Source: Cirrosporium novae-zelandiae
Taxonomy: Eukaryota
Direction of reading: 5' to 3'
Length of the DNA: 64,000 nt
NCBI GenBank assembly: GCA_026023565.1
Contig: JAPETS010000030.1
Location: 186,001-250,000 of the forward strand
In this document: positions 35,901 through 49,178 of the stretch, piece by piece
Numbering within the stretch: position 1 is the first letter of the stretch
How the letters are laid out: each line of letters opens with the position of its first letter
Translations under genes and position numbers: made by a program
Notes under the pieces: generated by a model
The model's database searches: none
What the model saw: only the letters and a program-made list of their open reading frames with translations
What the model was told of the DNA's origin: nothing

Positions 35901-36765
35901 GACGCGCGTTTACTTCGTTATGGAGTATATCAGCGGTGGAGATTTGATGTTACATATCCAACGAGGCCAGTTTGGATTGAAGCGTGCACAGTTTTATGCC
36001 GCAGAAGTTTGCCTGGCTTTGAAATATTTCCACGAGAACGGTGTTATCTATCGTGATCTCAAGCTCGACAATATTCTTCTCACTTTGGATGGACACATCA
36101 AGATTGCTGATTATGGTCTTTGCAAAGAAGAGATGTGGTATGGCGCTACGACAAGTACCTTTTGTGGTACGCCTGAATTTATGGCACCCGAGGTAGGTAT
36201 CATTTTTACTGTTTTGAATTTCAAAGTGCTAACAAAGACAGATTCTACTTGATAAGAAATATGGTCGGGCTGTGGACTGGTGGGCTTTCGGTGTTTTGAT
36301 ATACCAGATGCTACTTCAACAATCGCCCTTCCGTGGTGAAGATGAAGATGAAATTTACGATGCCATTCTCGCCGACGAACCCCTATACCCCATCCATATG
36401 CCCCGTGATTCCGTGTCTATCCTACAAAAACTTCTTACCCGAGAACCAGAAATGCGATTGGGCTCGGGTGTTACGGATGCACAAGAAATTATGAGCCATG
36501 CCTTCTTCCGAAACGTCAACTGGGATGATATTTATCATAAGCGCGTGGAACCTCCATTTTTACCCAAGATTAAGGATGCAACGGATACTAGCAATTTCGA
36601 CCAAGAATTTACAAGTGTTACGCCGGTACTTACGCCGGTGCAGTCAGGTCAGTGTGGTAAAGAAATTGTCTGTGGCGTGGTTGATGCTAATGTTGTGATA
36701 CAGTTTTATCTCAATCTATGCAAGAACAATTCCGGGGGTTCTCCTATGCGGCAGATAACCTTTAA
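32969..36765 (+). CDS. PKC1: Protein kinase C (fungal Pkc1/PkcA), multi-exon
   Basis: Two HR1 domains, C2-like domain, pseudosubstrate RKGAIRQKK, two C1 domains, kinase [36 protein letters not shown]-terminal [14 protein letters not shown]. Confidence 0.97.
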
Positions 36766-37272
36766 AAGCCGTCTTGATTTTTGTAACAGTGACTTTCTGT
36801 ATCGTGTTATCATTGATGGAGGGGAAAGGCAAGGGAAAAGTAAACGCAATACCACGCCATCTCCATGCCTCCCACTAGCGTTCGATAGAGCAATGCCAAC
36901 TATTCGATACCCCTTTTTGAAACGCGCACAGCGGACTCGCCAGTCATTATTGATTCCTGTGGTTAGGGAGAAAGCATGCATTGGCGGAAGCCAATATCTT
37001 GAGCGTGGCTTTTCTACTTTGACATTTTTGCTCACGGTGTTGTCGCACAAAATATTGTTTGATTTGACTTGGCAAGAAGTTTTGTGTGTTGAATTGTTTT
37101 TTAGGTCAGTAACGGGTTGGGCTGACGAAGCGCTCTCGTGACTGACATGCCTACTCGTTTTAATATATGTGTGATATTTCTTTGATGAGAATGAAGATGG
37201 AATATCCCATTAATTCAGTGCCGAGGTACGTACAGATGTCGTCGTAGGCTAATAAGCTCAAGCTTCAAGCTT

Positions 37273-37417
37273 CCAATCATGGTGTAATCAATCATAATTA
37301 GTTGACGTCACGTGATTACGGCTTTTCTCTCACTGAATTCAAATCACCATGACATCATCCAGAGACCTTTCAACCCGAAGGGCTGCATCCAAAGAAGAAA
37401 CCTGTACCTTATAAATA
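37273..37417 (+). promoter_or_regulatory. CCAAT box, overlapping CRE/E-box (TGACGTCACGTGA) and TATA upstream of the small 37690 gene
   Basis: CCAATCA about 37273; TGACGTCA 37303-37310 overlapping TCACGTGA 37308-37315; TATAAATA 37410-37417. Confidence 0.45.
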
Positions 37418-37689
37418 CTTAGCAAGGCTCCCAATAGAATTTTCCCCAATTTAACTTGATCGGCTTCGACATTCAATTGCTTCTTCCTGTTGAATCATTT
37501 AGAAATTACTGATTTCTCTTAACCTACTTTCCATTCCCCTCTCGTCATTCACCCAGGAGCTATCTACATACAGAGAGGGAGCTCATTGTTTCCCAACGTA
37601 TCAAACAAATAAAAACACAAAAAGAAGACAAATCTCTACTGTATTTTAACAATCAATCCCCTTATCTCACATAGAACACTTTGTCAAAC

Positions 37690-38447
37690 ATGGCATCCTT
37701 TTGCATGAACCGAACCATGATGTCAATGAGGGGCGTTGTGAAGCTTGAGGGCACCAGAGTTGCTGTCTTGGGTGCGGCACCACGGCAATTTCATGCTGTA
37801 GGTGGGAGAATGTCGTTGAATGAAACTGATAGGGGTAAGTTGGGCGTTTTATATCTCTGATTTTGTTAAGCATTAGAGGCAGAAGGTCAGAGCATGAGAA
37901 TGTTATTCTAGCTATCCTCTTCCTAGATTTATTTTTTATTTTCTTTTTTTTCAGGGAGATTGATGGGACACCCCCTTCTGGTATATCCTTCATCCATCAG
38001 TGTGTCTGGATCTATCTATCTACCTAATTCTCTTCATATTTCCTTACACCTCTCCAACAAAGCTATATAATCATCCATCCACCTATAAATGACCCAATAA
38101 AGCCCGAACTAACCACCTCACAGACCGTGAAAATGCCTCCCAAGAAATAGACCACCACAAATCCGACTCCCTTAGCAAACAAAAGGTCGGAAAAGGGCAG
38201 TGGAAACACGAGTTAGCCAGTGAGAGTGAAGCTGCTGTATGTCTGCAAGACCCATCATCCACCCATCCATTCATTCCATCAAAGAATAAGAAGAGAGAAA
38301 AAAATAGCTAACAGATGGACGTTGGTGCTGGACGTATAGATCAAAGCGGATAGAGGCGACGTCGAGGCTTCGCAGGAGGCAATTGATAAATTGCAGAAGG
38401 AGACGGAGGGTTTTTTGAGTGAGAAGGAGGGAGAGGGGAAGAAATAA
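37690..38447 (+). CDS. Small (121 aa) putative mitochondrial protein, absent from the ORF track (exons 37690-37834, 38124-38236, 38340-38447)
   Basis: MASFCMNRTMMSMRGVVKLEGTRVAVLGAAPRQFHAVGGRMSLNETDR|DRENASQEIDHHKSDSLSKQKVGKGQWKHELASESEAA|IKADRGDVEASQEAIDKLQKETEGFLSEKEGEGKK*; GTAAGT/CTAAC/CAG and GTATGT/CTAAC/TAG introns keep frame; presequence-like N-terminus (RQFH). Confidence 0.8.
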
Positions 38448-39003
38448 AAAATAAGGGGATGCTGGGATGTAGGAGGGGGTGTCACATCAAGGTGCCTTGG
38501 AGCAACTGTTGTGTTGTAGGATTGGCGTGTCATCCAAATCCTTCCTTTTTTTAGTCTTAAGCTTGAAGAAGTCGTACTAATCAAAGGACAAGCGCAATGC
38601 GTGATGCGTGCATGTGTTATTAGAAGTGAAGTGTGAAAAAACAATATCAACCCAACTTGACTTGAGGAAGAAAAAGAGAAAGAGATTGTACAGAGTATGC
38701 ACGCCATTGCATTGAGAAATGGAAATATTATGTAATATATATTTTTATCTGCCCTGCTTAGATGATGCTGTCTGCAGATATGATGCCTCCTCTTGTGAAT
38801 AAGAAACCAGAGGCCGATACGTAGACCTGAACGCCAGACCACTGCCACCACCACCTTATGCGCCGGACAAGAAAGTATGTAGGTGTAACCCCTTTCAATT
38901 CCAACAGCGCCATTTGTACCGCGCCACCGTAGCCAAGCTTTAAGAAACCCGGATGGAGTCCCTTGCGCCAAGTCGATATAGGTAGAAAGGATGATATTTT
39001 CCG

Positions 39004-39972
39004 TCACTTCAGCAGAATAATCAACAAGACTAGTATAATAATCAGAATCACAATGATAGTAATCTGCCCATTATCTTTCGCCTTCCTCGCTACGATCCCT
39101 AACTTCCTCCTCGCCCCATCTAGCCGGCTCTGGTGCCTCTCCACCCCTTGATCTACATCATCTAGTATCGCAACATGATCATCTAGTTCATCTCCAATCT
39201 GGATACTCAGCTCGCGCTGCCGGCTCACAGATTGGCCCAGTGTATCCAGATGGGCATCCTGTTCCGCGAGGACTTGACGGTGGTATTGGTGGATCTGTTG
39301 GTTTGAAAGCGCGGATTGGTCGGGCGGGGAGTCATTGTCGGCGGGGTCGTCGCGGTAGGGGAAGAGCTTTGCGCGGTTTGGATCTTCTTCGGAATCTGAA
39401 TCCGAGGCTGGCGGGGAGGCTAGTGGGTTGTCGGAGAAGCGAACGGATTTTGAGGCTGGGATCGAGGGTGTGCGTCTTATGGATGAGGAGGGGTGTGAGC
39501 GGAGCGGTTTATTGGATTGCGCGCGGGTGAAATCCGAGGCGAGGACTGGGTCGTTGGGGGAGGCCGTTATTTGGTTAGCAGTGGCAGTGGGGGGTGGGAA
39601 GCCTTGGAATTGTGAGTGTAGGGCTGTGTATTGGGTGCGCAGGCGGGTGGTTTGATCTAGGAGGGATGAAGCAGAACTATAAGGACCTTGGATGTTAATG
39701 CGGAGTCTCGAGATATTACATATCCTTTTGGGGCAAGTATAATAAAGGGAGAAGTCTGACAAAGAGATAACTTACGGATCGTCGGCTTCCGCCAATCGAG
39801 CTTGTTCGGCTTCCGCGGCCTCGACACCCTCTCGGAATGACTCTAGTGAGCGGGATATGTGTGTGTCTTGGGAGTTTGGCTCTAGGTTTAACGATATGGC
39901 TCGCTGGCGTTCCAGGAGGGAGAGTTTGATGTGGTCGGCGAGGAGGAAGAGTTGGGATGGATTCGAGGACAT
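39004..39972 (-). CDS. SYN8: Syntaxin-8-like Qc SNARE (exons 39972-39776, 39676-39004)
   Basis: QLFLLADHIKLSLLERQRA N-terminus; SNARE motif EQDAHLDTLGQSVSRQRELSIQIGDELDDH; C-terminal TM anchor. Confidence 0.88.
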
Positions 39973-40648
39973 GGTGATGGGTGTTTATGGTGTGGTGTGG
40001 TATGGTGCGGCGCGGGGGTGAGGCCGAGATAACTGACGATTGATGTCTTTCACTTTTCTTTATTTGTCGTTCTAGAAATCGGGTTGGGTGGGAATCGGAA
40101 ATGAGAAGCGGATATATGGTTGGAGGTGGTATATTATCATTTAATAGGCGCCGAGGAGGTAGGAGGTCAGAAGTAAATGGTAATTTGATCTAAAAGTAGC
40201 TACCTTTGACACAAGTAGCGAAAGGAAAGGAAAGGAATCAAACAGTCTGACAGCCTGACAGTCTGACAAACGGTTACGCAATTATCCAATTATGTAATGA
40301 ATAAAACCAAAGTATAAAGTTATGAGTTATGCAACGTGGATCCCGTGACATATCCGTGACCTCGGGACCTTTTAAGGTGTGAAATCAGTGACGCTACGTT
40401 TCTTGGCCTTAGGCATTTCATTCATACGCAGATGAGGAGTCCTTCAGCTCCCCCGCAAGCCCTCCAAAGCACGAGAAGCACGAGAAGCTCACCGTTCTTT
40501 ATCACTATCCCTCTACAAAAAGTACAGTTTATTAATTAAAGACTACCACAGTATAATAACCTACTAAAGCTCCCCTGAATCATACAAAACTATAATTATA
40601 ATTCTTGTTCCTGCGTAGAACAATATTCTTGCATCTATCCCACCCAGT

Positions 40649-42411
40649 ATGTCGTCCGCCGGCCAAGATCCCCCGGAAAATCCGTCGCCTCCTCAATCTC
40701 CACCATCTCTCCACGACGAAGAATCTGTAGTATGGCAGTCGCCACTTCAAGGGGAAAATACGTCTCCATCGTCATGGAATTCCCCCATTACTTTTCCCAC
40801 CGCCCTCGGAATTGATATAGATGTGAATGGTGGCGTTCTTGATAGCGAGCCCCACCATCATAGGTCAGCCCAACGCTTGTCCCCCTTCATTCACCAAACC
40901 CTTCTCTCCTTGCAAGCTCTTTACTTCAGCTAACAATCATTATTACCAGATCTCTCTCTCAAACCCACCACAACAACTCCGAACTTATGTCAACCACAAG
41001 CTCTCAACATCCATCTCTCCAAGGTACCATGTCCCAGAGTCTCAATGGCCCCGTGGATTTCCGCCAGCTTGAATATGTTTCTCCCTACGATGACCAGCTC
41101 ATAGACCAGCTCATGTGCCCCATCTGTTTTTGCCCCTTCATTGAACCTCTCCGTCTCAAATGTGATCATATTTTCTGCATGAGATGCGTCTCCAAGGCCC
41201 TTTCATTCCAACGGCCGGAGGTCCGCAATTGCCCCACCTGCCGCTCGCCCGTGGCCTCCTCTCCGAATCTTCGGATGGCAGCGCCAGTCCCGAAGATAAT
41301 TACCCGCATGTTAGAGAACTTGCTTGTGAGATGTCCCAATGCAAAAGATGGGTGCAAGGAGGCTGTGACGCGTGGATTCGTTCAGCATCATGTGGATCAC
41401 TATTGTCAGTACTCAAAGGTGCCGTGTCCAAATTATGAATGCTCCAAGGCAACTACTCGCAAAAATGCTCAAGTTGGGAGCTGCCTACATGAACTTACCT
41501 TATGCCAATATTGTGGAGAAGAAATGGCTTTGCAGGATTACCAGGTATGTTTTAAGGCATTGTAGAACATGGATTCTTTGCTAACCCTCTCATAGGCCCA
41601 TCTAGCCGCCTCCTGCCCTAATCACAAACCTCCACTAGCCTGTCCTGGCTCAAGTTATGGCTGTCCCTTTAATACTACTGATGAAGTCGCTTTCTCTACA
41701 CATACCACAACCTGTCCCATCGCAATGATGTGCCCCTTTCTCAAAAGTCAGAATGACCGTCTTGAAGCCCATGAAGCCGCGCTCAAGCACCTCCAACGCA
41801 AAAATGAAATTCTAGAAGATGGTCTCGCATTAATCGAGCAAAGGCTCTCCGGTTCCGCTTCGACATTAGATCCTGCCATTCTCTCCCAATCTTCATCTCC
41901 CCCCCTCGACCTCGATCTCCCATTAAGGTCTTCCTCAAACACCCATTCCCCAATCTTCTCCCCTTCCTCGGTACACTTCCCAGAAACTTCCTCCACCCCT
42001 AACCACAACACCACCAACCACGACTTTATAACCGAACCAACCCGCACCCTCCTCTCTCTACATGAATCCCTCCGCGACGACGTCAGCCGCTTAACAACCC
42101 GCGTTGCTGAGCTTGACGCCCGTTCAACTCTTCTCCTCGCAAATGAAGCTACTCGAACAAGAGACGATTTCGCGCATGCGACTGCTGCTATCAATTCCCT
42201 GCGCATGCAGTTGCATTGGGTCATGAGTAGTCAAAGGTTCCAAACTGCGACACAGGGTCACGGCCAGACAGGGAGGGCCAGCACGGCTTCAACGGCAGGG
42301 GGTGGTGGAGTACCGACCACAGTTGCAGGTCCAAGCTCAACGAGTGCGGGGGGCGTGAGGCTAGGCAGACGATTGAGCGATTCATCCAGGGAGGGGGGAA
42401 CCAAGCTATGA
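40649..42411 (+). CDS. RING-finger / TRAF-type zinc-finger coiled-coil protein, putative E3 ligase (exons 40649-40863, 40950-41544, 41596-42411)
   Basis: C3HC4 RING CPIC..CDHIFC..C..CPTC; TRAF/SIAH-like zinc fingers; coiled coil; ends RRLSDSSREGGTKL; introns restore frame. Confidence 0.85.
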
Positions 42412-43789
42412 GAGAAAAAGATGGAGATCTCAAACACGAAAAACGGGAAACACGAATATGAGAAAATGAAAAAAAAAAACAAGAACAAGAACATTATTAT
42501 ACCCCCTTTTTCCCCAACTTTTCCATTTTTTTTCGATCCTGTCCAATTAAAACCACGTATAATTATCGTTATGAATCTATTTTGTTTTTAAAAAAAAAAA
42601 CCTTGCATTCGGAATAGGTATATGTCTTAAGAAGCATTTCCTTTTCTATTTCCTTTTTTTTTTTTTTTTGCAAATGGGGTTCTCGGGTATCTATTTGGAC
42701 TGAGATGGAATTACTCGAGTATTATTCAACGGATTAGACTTGGGGACGGACGGCCGGATATGTTTTTTTTTTTTTCAATCTTTGAGGGCAAGCAAAAAAT
42801 ATCTACAGTCTATGTTGGAATTGGAATTGGGATTACGAAATCCGAGATTCGGGGACTCATAATTTCTCTATTTTACTATTCCATTATTCCACCATTCCAC
42901 CATCGTGCGTCAGTCAATCAGCCAGGTACTGTACTGTCGTATAGCTATTTATATATTTATATATGTATCCTACCCATAGTATACAAAATCAAACAAATCA
43001 AATCAAACAAATCAAATCAAACCAACCAATTCCTCAATTACCCCCTCGCCGCCATCCCCCCAGTACATGTACATAGTACGGACTACAGTACTATATAAAC
43101 TAATTAGAACTAATTAGCGAGGTACTGTAGAAGTGTAGAAGAAACTCCCTTCTTTTCTCTTCTCCTATGAAGACGCCGTTGTTAAGCGCTATCAAACGCC
43201 TACCGTAAGCACCTTAAACTCCAAGTACATAGAATTATTTATTACCTAGATATTTATTTGAAACTTCCCCCCCTGCCCCCCTTTTCGACCTGACTTCGGT
43301 GGCTTCGGTGGTTTCGGTGGTTTGTGGTTTGTGGTTTGTGGAATGTGAAATGTAATAATAATAATAATAATTAATTAGGCACATGTGAACATGTGTGGAA
43401 TCCTGAATCTTTCAACCCGAGAGAGACTCTTTTGTAATTATTAATTACCACAAAATACCTTAGTCTACTTCCCGCATATGTTTAATCTAAGACAGAAATA
43501 AAAGAAAGGAAATGGAATAAGGGAAAAGACATGTGCAAGTACGGTAGTCGCACTATAACTGCATTCTTGCTTCCCACATTCTCCCATTCCGTTTCTTTCC
43601 CTGTTTCCCCTTCCTCATTCCCTCATTTTCCGTTTCTTTCTCGCTTCTTTCTCGCTTGCTATACCTCGATCTAGCTATCTACTCTTAAGTTAAAAAAAAG
43701 TGGGACAGGGGAAAAAAACAAGCTCCGTGATTCTATGGGATTTGGGAGTCTGAGGGGTTTAGGGAAAGAGGTTGGGAGGAAGAGGCTGG

Positions 43790-44290
43790 AGAGTGTATAT
43801 ATACGATCCACCACTGTAAGGGATATGAGATATAATTTGGAATATTTTTTTTGTTTTTGGTTTTTATATTTTTCCTTTCCTTTCCTTTCTTTATGACTTT
43901 CCTGCTTCTATATGCCGATATCCATCAATCCGCCCTTAATATAAAAAACCCCCCCGTGGTTCTAAGGGGGAAAGGGGGAGGGGGGGATGTATATATGTAT
44001 ATATCATATATACGATACGTTCTAAGGGACATGATTTGGGTATTTTTCACTTTCTTTCTTTTCGTTTCCTTTGCTTTGCTTACTTTCTGGGGGAAGGATT
44101 GGAAAGGTATATATGTATATGTATATATATCATATCATCATATATACGATACAAAAAAAAAGAGTTTGTAAGGGATGTAATTGGGTATTCTTTCTTTCCT
44201 TTGCTTTCCTTTCCTTTCTGTCTTTATGTCTTTCTGTCTTTCTTGTCTTTCCTTATGTCTTTCCTTTCTTTCCTTTCTGGGGGAATGAAT
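43790..44290. repeat. Degenerate three-unit intergenic repeat
   Basis: G-rich block + atatatacgat + taaggga..attt/gggtatt + CT tract recurs at about 43797, 44006, 44140. Confidence 0.6.
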
Positions 44291-44661
44291 AACAACACAC
44301 ACAGAATGCCACACAACACCACATACAGGCACACATATAGGCACTCGACATACATGGTATCTCGCTTTCGCTTCGCTTTGCTTTGCTTTGCTCCATCTTG
44401 GGAGAAGAAAGAGAAAAGAGAAAAGAGAAAGAGAGAGATGGATATAAGATGAACAAATGCCACAAATGAATTTCATCCCTCCTATCCGTCAATCAATCCA
44501 TTCATATCCGCCATCCCATATTATCTATCATCATCAATATCATTCATATCCACCTTAAAGGTTCGTAATCAATCAATCAACCCCAAACCTATCCTATTCC
44601 ATCCCATCAATTCCATCAATTCCATCATGATCCCACGGATATCCCGCCACTAATGACCCCT

Positions 44662-47600
44662 TTACCCCTGCATGCCCTCCTGCAGCAACCTCTTCTCCTC
44701 ATCCGTCAGCGCATTAAACCTCTCCTGGAACACTGGTTTCTCGGCAGCCTCCCTGAAGAACCCCACCAGACATTTCTGGGTCTCGTCATCACGTTCTCGG
44801 AATCGATTTGCTCCATCCGCATAGGCCATGAGATCCTGTCTCGTGGCCGCGCTGCCGAGATCTAGCGAATTGGGTTCATCTTCCCACTCTTCGTCGCCGC
44901 TTCCCTCCTCGTCGAGCGATGCGAGGGCCGCTGCGTCTAGCTGTCTTCGGAGAGGGGAGGAAGAGGGGGTTGAGAATTCGGAAATTAGAACCTTGATGAT
45001 TTTGAGGGGGATGGGGATCATGGTGTACTGTTCGGGGTGGGCGAGGGATTGGGAGCGGGTCATGATGCGGTCGGATTGGGGGACGATGATTTCTCCTTTG
45101 ACTTGGATGTTGGCGAGGCGGGCGTCTTCTAGGCGGTAGATGTTTGTGAGAGCCATGACGTTCTGGCGGATTTCTTGGTACCCGACGAATTCGATCGAGT
45201 GTTCGAGCCATTTAGCCATAACGACTGCAAGTCCTGATTGATTGTCTACCGAGATTGAGGCTAAGAAGTTTATAACTTCTTGTGGAGAGATGAGAGAGAG
45301 GCGGCCGAAGACGAGGATAAGGGATTGGATGAATTGCGCGTGTGAAGCGCTCGCAAGACGCTGGGCTACGGCTCGGAGGAGCTGGGGGAGGTATGGGCCG
45401 AGTTTCTCGCCACCGGCCTTTTCAACTAGTTCGGCTGCTAGCTTACCTACTTCTTGGGCGGCGATGTCTTCGATGGTGGGGGAGAGGAGACGATCCACAA
45501 TTATGAGGGCGGTTTCGAGTGCGCCTTTATTGGTTGTTTGGTCGTGCCACGCGAGGAACTGCGGACAGTCGTGGGAGAGCATGTGGGTGATTGCAGAGGT
45601 GGCTGGTCCTAGTAACTCAGGGTCTTCTGAAGTTAAGAGAAGACGATTGAGCTTCGGCATCACTGCTGCTACAAACCCCGCTGGGAGAGGCTTGCAGGAA
45701 TTTTCTGCTAGAGCGTTTAGGAGTTCAGCTGCAAGGTTAGTGAGAGCATTCTCTTCGCTGATATTGGCAACATCAAAGGCACCAGATAAGGTTGGTAACA
45801 CCCGTTCGCAAAGACGAGTAAACGCTTCGGGACCTTGTTCTGCTACAGACTCGGTGATATCTTCAAAAGCCTCTGTGACGATTGATGCCACTTGAAAGTT
45901 TGCTGCACCTTGACTAGCAATGTTGAAGAGAATATCTAGTGCTAATGAGTTAACGCAGATTCCTACGTCGATCATTATTGCATCACGAAGCGTTTCTGTC
46001 AGAGTCACAATAACGTCATCACTGTCAATGAGTTCTGACATGTCTTGCGCGTTGAGATAGTTCGCCAAAGCAGAGATAATCGCTCCCTGAACAGGCTTCG
46101 TTGTTTGAGAAGGAAGAATTTCAAGATAGTCTTGCAACACCCGAATGCATGCAACCTTTACAACATCCGAAGGGTCATCACATATAGCCTTTAGAGACGT
46201 TTCTAAATACGCGCGAGCGATCTGATGTAGTGGCTGTGCCGATGTTTTGAGTATCATTCCCCCGATTAGAAAACCGCGCGCTCTTAGAAATGGGTCCTCT
46301 ATACATCCTAGCTGTTAGAAGTGGGTTTGAAATATCACGAGGCTCAGAAACATAATTGTGAAAACGCTAATAAGATGGTATGACCGACCTTGTTGCATGG
46401 AATATTGTACGAATTGAGTATAACTATTGGCAATTTCCGTTGGAATAGACTGTTGGACATCATGAAGGTCCATTAAATCTTGCCCAAGGACATAAAGAGC
46501 AGCCTCCTTTGCTTTCCAGCTATTAAATCATCATTAGCAAAACTGTCCCAAAGAACTGTGCATGGAGTACCAACTTACGTTGATCCGGGGTCTGAGAAAA
46601 GTGTTGTTGTATAGCCCAAATGAGCTTGTAAACAAACGAGTTTCAGCCACTCGCTCAGTTTAATAATGAGGTCACCGCACGCTGTTCTGGGTGTGTAATT
46701 CGCTGTCACCGATGTTTCTTCTGACAGGAACACGTTGACGTCGATATCCCATAAGCCCTCTTCCTCTGTTGTAATTTGAGCATATGCAACGGATAGTTTC
46801 ATCATCTCTGTGAGCCAGTTCGGGCTAGTTCCCTCTGCAAGTTGCTTTTCAAGTTCCGCCCTGACAGGTGGAGCTCGAAGTAAGCTCTGTACAAAGTCAA
46901 GTTCTTCCATGACAAGAAAGTCAAGTGTATAAGGAAGTTCGTCGGAATCAATTAGTCTACCCTGTCTCTCATCATCAATATAAAGTTGCCGATAAGCATT
47001 TTGCAGGCCTGAAAGCTCCTGCCATGTCACGCTAAAGAAGACTAAGCTTTGGGGAATCAACAAGACGGGGAGAACGGAGCGAATTTTCATCAGTGTCTAA
47101 CACGTTGCGTTAGCAAAATATGGAAATTATATAGACCTAAGTGCATCCTACTTTAACGACCTGTAGTTTTAACGTGATGGTACCTCTCCACTCCAAGGCA
47201 GTTCCAGTACCAGCATTTTCCTCATCTTCACTAGGAACCGCTGGTAGAGGGCTTCGCATGATAGTTGTGAACATGGGAGCCCATGCGCCTAGAGCTTCAT
47301 CTGCAAACTGTTTCACGGCTGCCTTGTGGTCCTCCATGACCATTTCAAGTGTATCAAAGCATCCCCGGAAAACAGAGATGGCCAAAGCTCTTAATGTCGA
47401 TTTGTGCTGTCCATTCGCGGCCACGTCAAAAAGTACTTTGACTAATTCACGGGCGCTCTTGAAGAACTGCATTTCATCAAAGCCATCGTCCACCAACTCT
47501 CCCAAAACTCGAAGAGCGCCATGTAGTTGAGATTCGGTGGCGCGCGAGATGGTTGCTAGGAGAAAAGGAAGAAGATCGGGCCACTGATCTGGGAAGTCTG

Positions 47601-47961
47601 CCCTGGCAATTTTGCTCACGACGGCACTGGCGGCGACCTTGATCTTCCTGTCAGCATTTCCACTTGTGGCCAATTGAAGTAATAACGGGCGGAGTTGAGA
47701 TTTGGTTGCGTCGTCGACAAGAACATCGCCTCTGAAATCGTCTAGAGCTGGAGACCAGGAATGAACAACGAAAGTGCGCAGAATGATCAAGGCCTGTTGG
47801 CGCAAGCTGGTAGGAACTTCGTTGTGAGAGGCAATGGAGGCTAGAGAGACTGGGAATGTCGGGTTAGTGTGTAGTCGTGCTAGCTGCGCCTCTGCGTGCT
47901 TCCGGGGTCCCTCCTCCGAAGACTGCGTCTGTGATAAAACTTGGAGGAGTTCTTGCTCCAT
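44662..47961 (-). CDS. KAP114: Importin-9 / Kap114 karyopherin-beta (multi-exon)
   Basis: IBN_N start MEQELLQVLSQTQSS..LRQQALIILRTFVVHSW; ADFPDQWPDLL; YAQITTEEEGLWDIDVNVFLSEE; C-terminal DRIMTRSQS..PEQYTMIPIPLKIIKVL and acidic EEWED. Confidence 0.92.
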
Positions 47962-48342
47962 GATTATAAAGCGAGGATTCTAGGAATTGACCGTAAAGGA
48001 AAGAAGAAAACAGTCAAAGCTGAACTCGGAGAACTGAAGGACTGGCTCGAAAAATGTCAAGATATTAAGATACTGGGGAGTTGTGCTTTTTATTCTGTAG
48101 GGAGGGATGATCTGTACGGATATTCCCGCTCTTTGACCTGCAGCTGATTTCGTGATTTAGGGGATTTGGTGAATTTCGCGTTGAAATGAATTGGGGCGGA
48201 CAGAAGGCCTAAAGAACGTGTCAGTCTATAGCCAAAATCCCCCACCTAACACGCTCATACGCCTAAACGATATGCACATCAACGGCCTTCCCCACCACCA
48301 TCACCACCATCCCCCCGCAGAACATATCATCCCAAATTCAAC

Positions 48343-49178
48343 ATGAGTATTCCACCAAGGAAGCCTGTCATTGAAAATTACTTTACAGTGGTAAAGACCT
48401 TTGGGGAATTTTTAACTGTCGCAATCCATACCATTCTTTATGAACGTAACATATACCCCCAGTCAACGTTCATCACTGCTCGAAAGTACAACTATCCTGT
48501 ACGGCAGAACAGACATCCTAAAGTCTGTAAATGGATTATGGATGCTGTTGCTGCCGTAGAGGAGCAAATGCTTCAGGTATTCTTCTATGACTTTATATAT
48601 TTATCGTCACTGATTTGTTTGTCTAGGGTACTGTGGATAAGATCAATGTGATTCTATATGCTCCTTCAGGTGAACCAGTTGAACGGGTTGTGTTTGACAT
48701 CTCATCTTTCCCGACTGTTCCTGAAAAAGAAAAGTTTACGCCGTTTGAACGGACTCCTGCAGCACAAACCGAAGGCAACCCGGAAGAACTGGAGCCAGGG
48801 CAGCAAGTAACCGATGAAGGTGGCATGGGTATGAATGAGGTAGCAACTATCAACTTCGAAGAACAATTTCGTGCTGTATTCGCAAGATTAGCTTTTTGTG
48901 GATCTTCCCTTGCTCCACTACCTGATGATTCTTCCTTCAATGTCTGCATTGAATTAAAGGAGGAAGCTGATCCGCCACTTGATAATGCACATCATCAGCC
49001 ATGGGCTCCTGCCCAACCAAGTGTATATCAGCCTCCCAGTGTGTCTGAAGAGTCAGAGACATATCAACCTTCGAAAGGACCGAAAACTTATCCCATCCGA
49101 TCTGTCGCCGTAGGTGATTTTGCATTTGAAGTATTTTTCGAGGAGGGAACATTAAAGAAACCAAGAGGACGACAATAA
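48343..49178 (+). CDS. REV7: HORMA-domain DNA polymerase zeta subunit Rev7/MAD2L2 (one intron from 48577)
   Basis: EFLTVAIHTILYERNIYPQSTFITARKYNYPVRQNRHPKVCKWI; ERVVFDISSFP; EEQFRAVFARL; PIRSVAVG. Confidence 0.9.

Noticed and set aside
527..36765. RHO4, LCB3 and PKC1 as a signalling gene cluster
   Set aside because: Separated by many unrelated genes over 30 kb; Pkc1 is classically a Rho1 effector; likely coincidental.
36272..37141. Long C-terminal extension of PKC1 in the ORF track
   Set aside because: An intron from 36648 shifts to the conserved QEQFRGFSY end with a stop at 36765.
38279..39007. 242-aa minus-strand ORF abutting the SYN8 stop
   Set aside because: Spans convergent 3' UTRs and the antisense of the small gene's last exon; no protein-like features.
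43851..44492. Overlapping hydrophobic ORFs in the RING-KAP114 intergenic region
   Set aside because: Arise from T/C- and AT-rich low-complexity repeats.
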